This document shows positions 10,072-22,594 of a DNA stretch of 40,741 bases, one piece after another. The position numbers and the translations under genes were made by a program. Positions within the stretch are counted from its first letter, which is position 1; each line of letters starts with the position of its first letter. The notes under the pieces are model-generated. The model ran no database searches, had not been told where the DNA came from, and saw only the letters and a list, made by a program, of their open reading frames with translations. Source of the DNA: Perkinsus olseni. Its lineage: Eukaryota. The DNA lies in the NCBI GenBank assembly GCA_013115125.1, contig JABANN010000307.1, positions 1-40,741 of the forward strand, written 5' to 3'.

Positions 10072-13000
10072 TCACACGCCACGAAGCTTATCATCATCAT
10101 CATCATCATACTCGTCAGACAAAAGAAAACGGTCAACAAGGGCTCGGTACTGTTTCTTGAGACACTCTTCGCGGCTGCTCTCTAGATGCTGGTACGCTAT
10201 TCTACACCGACTCTCATCGGGGAAAACCAAAAGCAAGTTTGACGAGGAGCCCAACTTCACTTTCAACTGGCCTGACACGGGTGAAAGGAACTTTGTCGCG
10301 CGCCGCGAAATTGCCCGAGACTTACATGGTTTCTCTCTGTCCAACGACACTTCAGTGGTCGCCATTGGAGCGACGTGCCGAACTATGCCGTAGCCCGGGC
10401 GCGTCCGCTCAGGGGCCGCGAGCAAGAAAGCCGCATTCCATAGGATCAAGTAAAGGGGCTCGGCCGACTTCGTCATTTGAGCCTGGCTTATGGCGTTCAC
10501 TTCTGCTGACCTCAACGCTACGCAGGAGCAACTCAGCCTATCAGATTGACCTGAAAATGGATCGGATTCATCTCTCTGTTGTTAGTAGCCAACTACATCA
10601 GGAACCATGGCCCCGGACGGTTCCGCCATGAATTCTGCCATAGTGGGAGTTTTTCAACGACGAAGTACTGTTGAGAATATGAGACATCTCTGCTACTGTG
10701 ACGATCATTCTGTCCCTGCAGCTCAACCTAGAACTAGGATAATTGCCTGTTGTTAAGGAGTGAATCATAAGGATATGTTTCTACAACACTCATGAGGTTG
10801 TGCAGACTTCAGATGATAATAAGTAGGGTAATTCCAACATACCAAAAAAGTAATTATCTATCAGAAAGTGATACCACTCCCTCCCCGCTTCATCTCTAAT
10901 CATTGATATAACCCTGCCAGCACTTGCGCATGTGCGACAGATGTGAGACCCCTAGACGACGACCTTAGACGCGATTCGCGTCGGATCATATGACAAAATC
11001 CTGATGTATGGAAGCGGTCGGAAGTAGGCGGATGCCGAATCCCCGGACACGCACAGGAAAAATTCCCTCACCTAAATCGAAAGTGCTCCCTTCCTTCGAA
11101 TTAGCCAAAGCACGCTCAGGGTCCTCGCCTGGCGGCGTGCTGATCCCCGGGAGCAGCTCTCGTCTCAGCAGCGAGATCAAGTCTATCGTGTACTTTCCTG
11201 GGGACTTCACAGGAGATGGCGGAGGGAGAAGACCGGGTCGCCCTGGGGGTGTACTCGCTATTGCTGACACGATACTGTCGATACCTGAAACATGAACGAT
11301 GACGAGCGAACTCGTCGAGAAGACAGGGTCACGCTCCAAGTGCCAGACTAAATGTTTCCATGATTCGCCAAAAGGAGAGAGATACGGTTCACGGACGACA
11401 GCGAAGGAGATCACGAATAATAATGATGATTCATCATAATACGACTGCAATACTGGTATGATGCGAGTACGAGTCGCAGCCATAGCTGACGATGGATGGA
11501 CTATCTCAGCCTACCTTCCGCAGAGGGCCCTTCAGCCTCCCCTAGCTCCTCCTCAGCACTGGCAATAGCCTCCCTATACAGCAGCCCTCGAGGGCCATCG
11601 AATACAGTCCGTCGAGCGGTCTCCGCTACGGTACGAAAACACCTCCAGGAGCGATCATTCGGTGTCTTGGAGCTCTCGTCTCGGACGGTCATCCTATACA
11701 CCGCCAGCAGCAGCTGAATGGTAACGATATGCCACTTTTCATTGAAACCTTTTTCGACCAACCGCAGGCATTTCTCCGGCAACTCAGGGTCCTGAAAACG
11801 ATTACAAATTATAACATGCGGTTTCCCGGCTGCACACTGTAATTCACAAGCTTGTTGAGCTTGCAGCCGAAGCCTCGCCCGTGAACAGCGGAAGTGAATA
11901 TAGTAGTCCACGCGCAGCGAGCCTAGTTGCTGTAAGCCATAAATTACTTTATTAATAAATCGCGTAAATAAGTCTACCTGATAACGGATTTAACAGGTAA
12001 TTTTACTAACAGTCATGTGAAAACAAATAGCCCATTGGCTACATCGTACGGCATGCTCCTCCCCGCGGCCAAGTCGGGACCCGCAAGGGTAAAAAACCCG
12101 AAGAGACTATCATCAATTTTTACTCTACCACCGGTGCCTACCTCTGGCAGCAGCTCCGGCGACTCAGCGATCATAGCAACATCCAAAACCACTATCGTCT
12201 CCTCATCTTCACGCAGGCCAAAAGCGGAGGGGCGTAGCTCCTTTATTCTCTCACGCACAATAGGGACGTCCACATAGTGCATCAGCTGGAGCACGACGAA
12301 CTTGGAGAGAGTTCTGCTGCAATGGCCGCGCGGGGACTGCGATGGCGGCGAGAGGAGGGGCTCGAGAGCGTACATGGACAACTTGTCCACCAGAAGGTCC
12401 AATAATGGTTGAATCTGTCGATTCACGGTATGAGCAATCACAAAGCCGCCATAGGGCTATCCCACGGCTATCTAGTACACTAGGTCAGAGTGCGCTATTT
12501 AACACAATAATGCACTTCCGACCCACTTCTGCTTTGGAGAATCTTAGGTTGACTCTGGCCGAAGACGAACAAGCTCCAGCAGCACCTCAACTTACAGTAG
12601 GATTCTCCACAGTAAAGATATCAGCCATATACAGCAACACATCCACAACATCATCCACGGCCGACTCCGCCACTCGCCTTGAAACACTCAAGTCGCCGAG
12701 CTTCTGCCACTGTTCTCGCAAGCCTTTGCTCAGCAGGGCGAAGTAACCTCCGCTGTTGGCAACCTGGCAACAATGACGACGACCACTTCCCTTCTCCTGG
12801 GCCACTTTTTTTCGATTAGAAAGTTGCTGCAGATCAAAGTAGGGAGGTGTCGAGAAGAAGCGACAACATGGCAACATATGAGTATCGTGTGAGGAGAGGA
12901 CGTAGCTAAGTGAAAATGGGCGTACCAAAGGATGAGAGATGGTGGCGATGGCAAAAGACCAGCAATGGTCGTACCGCGACAAAAACAGCGAGAATGGTTC

Positions 13001-14902
13001 TTACCAGAAAGTCCATGCAAGACCGATCGGCCACCTGGTAGATGGCCAAAGTTAGTGTCCGTACGGACGTCCTGACCATGGCATCAGCACTGTTGTACAG
13101 GCGTATGGGGACTGTGTAGAGAACCTGAAGACCACCGCAGGCTGCGAGATTCGTGCTGGGGATGTTCCAACGTACGAACTGGTCACTGTGAAAGAAGAGG
13201 GTGAGCATCTCTGGGTCGAGCCTGAGCGCCAGACCCTTGACGAAGGTAACGTAGTAGGAGAGGAGCTCCTCATCCGCAGACCAGTCACAAGGGGCACCTG
13301 ACAGATGGAGATACTCAGAAGGCCAACATAAAAATGTATTTCCCGTAGAAGGGAAGTGATGAATTTTGACAAGGCTTCAAGGGAGGATGATACCTCCGTT
13401 CTTTCTATCAGTAATACCAACTTTATCATATCATTTCCTCTCAGAACAAATTCAATTCACTGGATATGAGTATCATCAGTATTCTGACAGCGTGCAGTGA
13501 TGATACTAGGATTCTCGAGCTAGTGAGAGAGTGGGTGATGACGGTAGACAAAGGCCCACGCTACGAGACATAGAGGACTCTTGATAATATTGCCAGTACT
13601 GTTCACGATGATCGAACATAGTCTAGAGTAAGCTATTGCTTAGAGCATAGTAGCGACAGCCTACGGTCGACCGGACATGGCAGAAGTGACAAAAAGGCGA
13701 CAACCACGGACCAGACCATGCGTTTTTATGTTCCCCGCTTCGCAACTTTGTTTCAGTTTCGGAGTATCGAAATTGAACCCACTACGTCTCACTCACTTAT
13801 CAGGTTATTGATATGGTCGTTACTGAAAACGTAGATAAGGGACGTCCTCGTCCTGAGATTTTGCGTAAGAAGACTCATCGTCTGCAGCAACTGGATCTTC
13901 ACAGCCACAGCTATCGATGGCATGCTGATCACTTTCACCTAACGACCAATAACTCATACCTTCCAGTATGGCAAAGACCTAGTGTAGTCCCATTGTGTAG
14001 CTATACTGAAACAAATACTCGAGTTGTGTGGTTGTGAATACCCTAACCATGCCTGCCCTGCGACGAGCTCTACGGCAAACCTCCCTTTTTGACACAATCT
14101 TCCCGACAGAATCACCACCAAAATTATCATGACTACGCCTCAGGAGCATCGCAGATTCCACCTTCCCCAGCCTACGAAGTTGCCCAGCATTTCCTTCTCA
14201 CAAAAGTAGTCAAAAAGTTCCTGATGGTCGTTCTGCTCTCCCCAAAGTAGTATCTCCGATATTTCCCTGAGGTCCTCGACCAGACCATCGCATGAAGATG
14301 CAGTGAGGCTATCAGGCTCCTTCAATCGCTCTGTTATTCGGCCATGAATCTGGGCCATCTCGGACAGAGAGTGTCTGAGGTAATGCGAGACCATCAGCAG
14401 CGCTGTCCCATCTTTGCTCAATGAAAGGATTCTCCTGAGTTCTGTTTCCCTTCCATCCTGAACATTCAACTTCATCGTGATTTCACGTAGAAACTTCTTC
14501 CCAAGAGAAGCTCTCATCGAGAGTTTTCCTGTCTGTGAACATTCCCCTACGCAGATGCCAGCTGGGGTTTAACCGCGCCCCAGGCGGTCGGTATCGGAAC
14601 ATACCCTCGCACGCTTCTAGAAAATGCCCCAATAATCCTTGCGTGCGCTCATTAACGTTGAACACCGTAGTCGACTGGCCTTGACCAACTAAGCCCTTCC
14701 CCATCACACTCAGAGGAAACGAAGCTCCTACAGGCCTTTTTCCCTGCGGTTTTCTCAGACAGTTATAAAGCCCGAAATTTCCCCATAACAGCCACTACCT
14801 CTCCTCCCCGCTGAGCGGACTCGCTCGTCCATCCTGAGAACCAGCGCCTGTGGCTGAATCCTGACTAACGGGATACCCGAAGATGCGTCCTAGCAACGAC
14901 AT
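10072..14902 (-). CDS. CLEC16A: CLEC16A / TT9 / GFS9 family endolysosomal trafficking protein (FPL domain), multi-exon
   Basis: Exons in family order: LVEDLREISEILLWGEQNDHQELFDYFCEKEM; VKIQLLQTMSLLTQNL...YVFSNDHINNLI (~13935-13796); DEELLSYYVTFVKGLALRL; DAMVRTSVRTLTLAIY; C-terminal PERTRPGYGIVR...FPDESRCRIAYQHLE. ATG at 14902. Confidence 0.9.
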
Positions 14903-15079
14903 ACCATAAAAAACACAAAACCTAACACCTTCCCGCTGTCGACTGACGTGCCGTGATGCTTTCACCCCGAAGTTGACTACTGAACTCGACAAGGCCGGAC
15001 CACTGGAAGGAGAACGTTGGTGCAGAACCGCTATCAGTGATATGAACAAGGAACGACATTCGGTTGGACGTGAGCAGAT

Positions 15080-17370
15080 CTACTTCGCGGAGTTCCTCTG
15101 CGCGGCCATCTCTCGGTACTTTCTCTTACGCCGCTTGGTCTCCTTTATCTTCTCATCGAACCCAACCTGACCGACCGTATCGTAGTACCACTACAGCGTT
15201 GATTCATACATGTCTGGCATCGAAAATCGGCCCGCCGCGCATTTTCTGCTTTTCTTGTAACGGCTTGGCCCAGACACGAGATTTCCCTCCAACCCGAAAA
15301 CCACTCTGAGTATCTTTCGCATTCGAGAGAGCCCATCGAAATGTCTCTTTTTGAGTCGCTCCAGTGGCAATCCTTTACTCACTATAACTACAAAATAGCA
15401 GCGCTGGGGTTCGAACCCACGCATTACGTTCAAGTATGAAGAAGTCGCCACCACCAACAACCCCACTATCGTACAGTACCTCGAAAAGCATCAGTTCAGC
15501 TTCCTGAACGGCCTTTGAAGTCTTCGTCAGCAACTTCAGTATGGTGGCGTCCTCATCTTCAATCTCCAACTTCTCCATGGTCACCTAATGAAACGACAGG
15601 TGCTGAAAAATGTCGGAAAATTTCTCTTTTGTTGCTCTTCAAGCTCAACCTATTGTCACCCCTAAGAACTCCCATAGCTCAAACCCTGTCCTATCGCGCC
15701 ACCACCAGCACTATCGTAGTGACATCAGACTGCCAACCGCACCCGTCACACGCCAGGAGCCTGCCCTCCCATGATGAGAGCCCCATCCACCCCTACTACC
15801 CCCATCCGTTCCTCCACGCTCTTGACCAGTTTCACATCTCCTTCAGTGACGATACTCACAGCATCTCCCTTCCTGCCAGCTCTCGCAGTTCGACCAGCCC
15901 GATGGACGAAGTCGTCAGGACTCGTTGGCAGCTCGTAATTCAATACCACTCCAACTTGAGGGATATCCAAACCACGACTAGCCACATCAGTCGCCACCAG
16001 TACGCGAACCTTGGCGTTTCTGAACTTCCCCAGTGAGGCCGTGCGCCGCCGCTGATCCTGCAGACTGTGAAGGGCGGCCACCGAGACGCCCAATTTCTCC
16101 AACGTCGAAGCTACGAGCTGGCACGAGCGCAAAGTGGCCGTGAAAATGATCATACTATCCTCAGAGAACTTCTGGCAGACCAAGTAGTTGAGATAGGACA
16201 TCCTTACCATAGCTGGTATAAAGACATACCGAAGCCTCAGATTCGTGGGCAAGTCGCTGCTCGGGTTTGCGTCCAGCAATGGCATTGAGTCCTCCCCGTA
16301 TCTGTCCTGCAGAGCCATCACGTTGTCCGACAGGGTCGCCGTGAAGAGAAGCGTCTGCCGCTTGGCTTTGCCAGGGAGGGCTCGCATGATGTCAGCAATA
16401 GAGCTCTCGAACCCCGACCCGGAGACCAACAGCCGATCGGCCTCATCCAGTACGAGGAACTCTGTGTGAGCAAAGGCCTCGACTAGCGATGAATCGCCAT
16501 TGAGGATCTCCGCGAGTCTCCCCGGTGTCGCAACTACGATGTGGGGCCGATCGTGGATTTGGTTGATTTGTGGTAGGAGACTAGTGCCTCCGACCACGCA
16601 AGAGATCTGACCGTCGATGGGCTTGGAAAGGGCCTCGAATTGCTCGGTGATCTGCACGGCCAGCTCTCGCACCGGCGTGAGGATAACAGCGAAGACGCCG
16701 AAGGGATCCTTGGAGAGCTTCTGGAGGATCGGGAGGGCGAAAGCGGCTGTCTTGCCACTGCCTGAAGAGCGGTAAAAGTTTGGAGATCAACGCGAGATCG
16801 ATGAAGCAAAATCGGTAGCAAACTCACAAGTTCAACGGCAGAATCACTCAGAAACTATCGTTACTCTACAGTACGAAATTCTCGCGCGATTTATAGATAA
16901 GATAGAAGATAAGACTGAAGATAGTTCCTCAAGAGTCGGCCCAGAGTTGATGTCAATTCAAAGCACCACCGGCATCTCCAAGTTGACCCTGTCAATTTTC
17001 TCAGTCTGGAAGATCCCACAGGCCACTGAGCAGCGCAACTACAGAGACAGCACTAAGGATGCCATTCCCAGCCCTTAGTATCATCACACATAAGGAGGCA
17101 TCAATGCAGCAACCCTCAGCGATCTATGAATGAGCCAATAACAATTCGCTGTAGAAGTTCCTCTACCAAGCCCACTATTTCCCTTGCCCTCCCCTCAGTA
17201 CCTGTCTTGCTGGCCCCGACGACGTTTTTCCCGTCCAGAATGGCGGGGATGGCGAGTCGTTGAATCAGCGTCGGTTTGGTGATCTCGAGGCTGCTGCAGA
17301 CGTCCACGACCCATTGGCTGAGGCCAAGGTCCTTGAAGGTCTTGGCTTCGCGCCGGCTCGATGATGACAT
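15080..17370 (-). CDS. DBP8: DEAD-box RNA helicase DBP8/DDX49
   Basis: Exons 17370-17202, 16761-15800, 15584-15480, 15166-15080; Q motif, SKTGSGKT, LSKDPFGVFAVILTPVRELA, DEAD, HRAGRTARAGR and C-terminal GFDEKIKETKRRK typical of the subfamily. Confidence 0.9.
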
Positions 17371-17411
17371 AGTTTGAGAGGGGATGGGAGACTCGGATTT
17401 CAGGTGGTAAT

Positions 17412-17445
17412 AAAATGGAGGATGCAGGGATCGAACCTGCGTCTC
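17412..17445 (-). other. Isolated tRNA 3' end (T-arm, acceptor strand, discriminator) followed by TTTT
   Basis: Minus strand reads GCAGG-TTCGATC-CCTGC-ATCCTCC-A-TTTT with exact tRNA spacing; no D-arm or anticodon arm found adjacent. Confidence 0.6.
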
Positions 17446-18056
17446 TAGATACGTACCCACCCACAAGCATACGGAGCCCGAATAATTTCAAGTTGAGCAT
17501 CGCGGGAGATAATAGCTATGATAGAGAGAATGATGCGATAAAAGCTTTTAAGGTTCTCAGGGGAATCTCAGAAGTTCTGATCTTGTCACGTCATGCGTGT
17601 GCACGCGCGCAGACGATGCGTATGAGAGAACCTGTCAGCTTCCTCAAGTTGCTGACATCGCCTCGCTTGCGATCGCCCTTTTTGCGACTAGTGGTGGCAC
17701 ACTGTCTCCCAAACTCCCTCCTACTCGACGAACAGAATTTCAAGTTCGATAGGGGAATCGCAATCCCCTTATCTTCCAAAGTACTACTGTGACAGTAGTG
17801 GTGTATCATGCAATGATCTGGTCAAGGCGGTTTGCTCGTTCGACTGTGAATCAACGACCATGATAGCAAGAACTGTGAGGTAACACAAGCCACAGAATAT
17901 AGAGAATACTGATGAGCTAAAAACATCATGATACCGACAGGTCTACTACGACGGAGATCACCACCTGTGCACCTCCGCCACAGGCGCGTACACGCTGACT
18001 ACCACACCTTTTGGTATAACAGAAATTCTTGAAATTGTCGAAGGTCATGTAGAAGT

Positions 18057-21000
18057 CTACAAGGCTTGGTCTGAGATTACTTCGAAGAGGACCGGAAAAG
18101 AGCGATGGCTTGCTCGACCTCAGTGTTGTAGCATTCGCGCATCATCTAACAGAGCAAGACATGAGACGAGCCGGGAACACGGGCCCCGCTTCCGCGTTGA
18201 TCCCTGACCAATGCTAAGCGTCAGCAAAGTATTCAATGGTCGGTGAGAGGGCCACTCACCGCCACTCAGAGTGGCCATATGTTGCAATTGGTTTTAAGAC
18301 TCACCTCAGCATCCACCGTTGCCGCGTCAGTGACGATGGTCGTGCTCATCTGAAGCGAACAGAGAAGTATCGGCTGGATAGGGAACTAGCGGATGGTCTC
18401 ACTTGTCCATTATATGTGACAACCGTGAATGTCTGAGGGTTGCTGACATAAGACTGCATTCCTTTGACCTCCCGTCCGCACACGGAACGAGAATCTCTGG
18501 GGCCAGGCACGTTGGTGACGGTGAGGGTTTTTCCCAGCAAGTAACGTTCACCACAAATCGATTGAATGAGAAGCCGGCGGACAAACGGCAAATTCATGAA
18601 GAAGCAGCACAGGCGGATGAAGACTCGGCCTGAAGCAGAGGAAAGGACTCGCAGGAGGGATCTCAAGTGGCGGTTGACAACCGCCGGTTGTATCGTGATG
18701 GATACTTGATTGAACGGAGAAGCAAAACACGGAAATTTCGGTTTCCTGTCCGGAGCCAGTCTGTTCAGGTCGAACTCAAGCCATACTTGAAGCAAGTTGC
18801 TTAGTAGCTGCAAAATGCGTGGCAAGCTCTTATACTATCCGCGTCGGTAGCAGCAAGTCGGGTTAGGAACACTCACTGGGGAGTTCCCGCTGAGTAGCAC
18901 AGTCATCTGTGTAGCATCGTCAATCCGTTGTGTGAACTCATTAGTTCCTAGAAATTGGGCTTGAGAATGAAGCGATGACCACGATGTCATGCTGAGATTT
19001 CGAATTCTTCCGAGGGGAATGTGATCATTTCGCCGGACTTGATATACGCTTGCTTCTCCCTGAACCGCACTCGCCCTCTGTTCAGCTGTACTACGGCGAG
19101 AGCCTTTGTGCCTTTGAGGTTTTGGATATGCCTCATGGGTCCGCCCTTGTAGTTTGGGCTCTGCCTCAGATACAACTGCGGCCGAGTGCTTGATGTGAAG
19201 CGTGACACGATGTCACTGATACCATTCGACCAGTATTTCAAAAGAGAAATCATCAGGATTCCTGATTCAGGAATGATCTATCACTAGGAAAGACCCGTCA
19301 CATCACAGATTTCTCAGAGGTTGGGCCCGAACTCCGGGCTCGAACATCTGCCTCAGTACTAGCTGGGACGCGACCGATGGAGGCATCGTCCTCTCTATCT
19401 CTTCGTCGAGAATTCAGATCCACAGTATACCGCAATCCAGATGGTTCGAGTCCAGCACTCGAGCCCGTCAGTTAAATCGGCTTGGTCGTATCGGCGACAG
19501 TTTCATGGAAACGTCTCGAAACAAGACCTGCTCTACGAGATGATATACAGCCGTTTCGCCGGAGATAATTCGGATTTGAGGCTCACTGAGTCTGGCTCAA
19601 CAAAACGGCGTGCAAAGCTTTCCCCGCGAGTAAGCACAGAGCAGGACGTACCAAACAAGAAAGCAGGGGAGGACTTGAGCCGGCTTGTCTGGAGTTGCGC
19701 GTCGCGTATCCTCTCTCGGATGTCTGCATGTAAGGACACCGGTACCTAATAAGCAGTGACAGTCGGGAATATAACACTGGTGCTGCCCTCACCGAGAAAA
19801 CCCATGATTCGTTTCCCCCGGTCCCAATAGTGGTTTTCCCGTTTGAAGGCCTCATGTTAGCGGTGAACTGGAAGCCCATACGTAGCGATGCCGGATCGGA
19901 GGACTCTTTGCCTTTTTTCACGGCCTGAAGTGACACTACGAATGGCGCAGAGGAATTGTCAGAAATCCTGGCCCAGAAACAAGGTCGTGGATTCGCTAAG
20001 CGACTACAGCATGGTTTTCTAGAGCCGGACATTCCAAGTCGATGTGCGGCAGCCACGGTAGCCGGCAGTGGGCCCAACTGATGCTGTGGACTCGGTGCGG
20101 CGTCCTCCCCACGCGTTCCTTCATAAGGCAATAATCGGCCTCCCACTGACCTCAGCCAGCAGGTATCGTCTTGCAGCCCCGGCGAGCAGCGCCAAAATCA
20201 CATCGTTGACCTTGGCCCCGGTAGCCCGAGAGATGACCTTCAGATCTTCCAAGGGCACCCGCTTGCTGCAACGAACTTCCGAACGCCCGCGCTTGCGCAG
20301 TGTCGGACGAAGACTGGTGTACGAGTCCGGCAACACGGAGAAAATTAGTAGCATGTAGATAGCCCACGGGACAAGCTTCAACCACCGCCACACGACGGAC
20401 CTGAAGTCAGGCCAAATTCCACACAAAGAAATATCGCCAGGCACGGCCTCCCCTCACTCACAGTCCTGATGTGAGCGTGAGCGTCGCCGAATTCCCGCAC
20501 TTGCTCGATCTACCCGGCCCATCACTGGCACTGGTCGAGCCCACCGACGACGTATCCGAGTTGCCCGGCTTCTCCAGTGGATCGGTCAATTCCAGTAAGG
20601 CCATGATGCTCGAGGCCCCATCGGCAAGAGCATGGTGCAACTTGCTAACTACAGTTGTATTGCCGTCCTCGTTATGAATCAAGACAAATCTTATGGGAGG
20701 CAGCTCGTCGCCGAAGGGCGTCGATATGATGTTCTCAATAACCGCCTCGACAGCTGTCATGCCGGGAGACTGTCTGGGGACTTCGGCAGCCTCGAATTCA
20801 TCAACAATCGAGAGGACATCGAATGCCTCGCCGAGGTCCTCCAGGTTATAACGGACATCCAAGCCGAAAAAAGAGGGTGTACTGTAGACACGCGAGCGGT
20901 ACCTAGCACAGAACAGAACAGAAAATATGCCTGGGGCCTCAGCCATTGAATGATACGAAGCCCGTCGGCTGAAAAACACTCGGGCCCTTGAATGTCTAGC

Positions 21001-21486
21001 GGGGCGGTGCAATCACTACAAACAAGAACTGACGGACGGACTCAGCGCTGTGAGAGGAGATTCAGAACTCGCAGAGGGTATCAAATATTGCAGTGGAAGC
21101 AGCCATCCTCCAGTCCAGCTGAGAGCACAACCTCCGAGACGTACTCACCGTGGGTAGGGATCCGAGACGCGATCCTTGAAAAGCTTGGCGAACTCTTCGC
21201 GAGAAATTCTCCTACCTGACAAAATGGAACATGAAAAAGTTCCGTAAATGTCGCCCAAATGGAATTGGTAGAGCCTCTCGAAGAAGCAGTCCGAAGAGCC
21301 CAGGAAGGCGAAAAAGCGCCATGTTGACAAAAAGTCACCTCCGGCGGTCTCCATGCAGCAGCCAATGTTCAAACCGCGGCCGGTTGATTGGTCCTCGATA
21401 GCAGCGAGGAAGTTGGACTCGAACGAGAGCCTTCGTCTCAATCTCGGCTTTGCTTCCTGATTCTCGCCATGAGCGGTGGAAGGCAT
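18057..21486 (-). CDS. Wax ester synthase / diacylglycerol acyltransferase (WS/DGAT), multi-exon
   Basis: Catalytic HHALADG; LEDLKVISRATGAKVNDVILALLAGAARRYL; DIRERIRDAQLQTSRLKSSPA; TVTNVPGP...VVTYNGQ; last exon MMRECYNTEVEQAI...stop at 18057. Confidence 0.88.
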
Positions 21487-21645
21487 CAGCCGGAAAAAAT
21501 TTACTTTCCTAGTCGGGACATCATCAGACTACTGCGCTGGGAAAATCCAACCCGTAACAGCCAGACGTAAATCGTCGCTACTCCAGCGCACTGTAATTCA
21601 ACATAAACCATACAGGACACGACCCACGGCTCCATGACCCATGCA

Positions 21646-22339
21646 TCACGGAAATGTCTTCTTCGTCATGACGATGTAAAAGGCTTCGCGAGTGATTCGC
21701 CACTTGCCGCTCACGCACAGGTCTTCTCGATCCGGATCCGAAGTCGCTTGTCGGACCACTTCGGTGATCTCCTCGACCGAAAGATTCTCTCCGACCTCCT
21801 TGGCCATCCTCTCGACGTCCTGCACGCTGATGTAGTTTTTATCTGACCGCGCGCCACGAAAATAGGGATGCATGTCCAAGAACCGTCGACGGCCTACTGT
21901 CCACGTCAATAAGACGGAAGAGCTTGTCAACCTCGTCCTGGGAAATCTGACCATCATCCGCTTGCTTGCCGCTCAACAACTCGAGGAACTCCTCAAAGCT
22001 GAGAGACGCATTGCCGTCCCTGTCCAGCTCTGATAGCATGGTGAAGATGGTCTCACTCTTGGACCTGAGCAATAGGGAGCCAGACTCCTAATCAAAGCAT
22101 GCGTATTTTCCGGTTTTTTAATCAGAATCAGAAGCCCCACACAAGTACTCATATCCAAGGCTCTTCATCGCAGCTTTCAACTCGGCCAAGCAGATCTCTC
22201 CAGAAGAGTCGGTGTCAAAGAGATCAAAAGCTTCCTTCAGCTCCTCAATCTCGTCCTGCTTCAGACCGGGGCGCTCATAATCTTGAGGGTTGAAAGTACT
22301 GCCTGGCTGCAATGCCTTGTGCTGACTCGAAGCTGGCAT
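21646..22339 (-). CDS. Centrin (alveolate ICL/centrin-like EF-hand protein), 3 exons
   Basis: FNPQDYERPGLKQDEIEELKEAFDLFDTDSSGEI, second EF-hand DRDGNASLSFEEF, AKEVGENLS, C-terminal FYIVMTKKTF; two phase-consistent GT-AG introns. Confidence 0.92.
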
Positions 22340-22577
22340 TACAACACGCTTGAAATCGACAAAAATGACACCCGACGCCGCCGTGGCCCTCCCTCAACCT
22401 TCTAATGACCAGCCAGCTCAACGCAACTCCACCGAAAAACTCCACCGCAGTGGCTGGTGTTGACTGGAGGTTGACATTACAACGACTCTAAACTGACAAG
22501 AAGGACCCTCCACACTGCTGTGACCCTCACGCGACCTTCCAATGATCAGCCAGTCCAACGCAACCCCACTGAAAAAA
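22318..22577 (-). repeat. Tandem ~138-bp duplication of the centrin upstream region and first codons
   Basis: CATTACAAC...ACCTTC(T/C)AATGA(C/T)CAGCCAG..CAACGCAAC(T/C)CCAC(C/T)GAAAAA occurs from 22337 and again from 22475. Confidence 0.85.
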
Positions 22578-22594
22578 GCAAAAATAGAAACACG

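Noticed and set aside
15191-15466. ORF as the last DBP8 exon
   Set aside because: Splice phase does not fit; exon 15166-15080 is in phase and family-like.
17416-17769. tmRNA or complete tRNA gene
   Set aside because: Length is tmRNA-like, but there is no conserved tmRNA 5' motif, D-arm or anticodon arm; kept only as an orphan 3' end.
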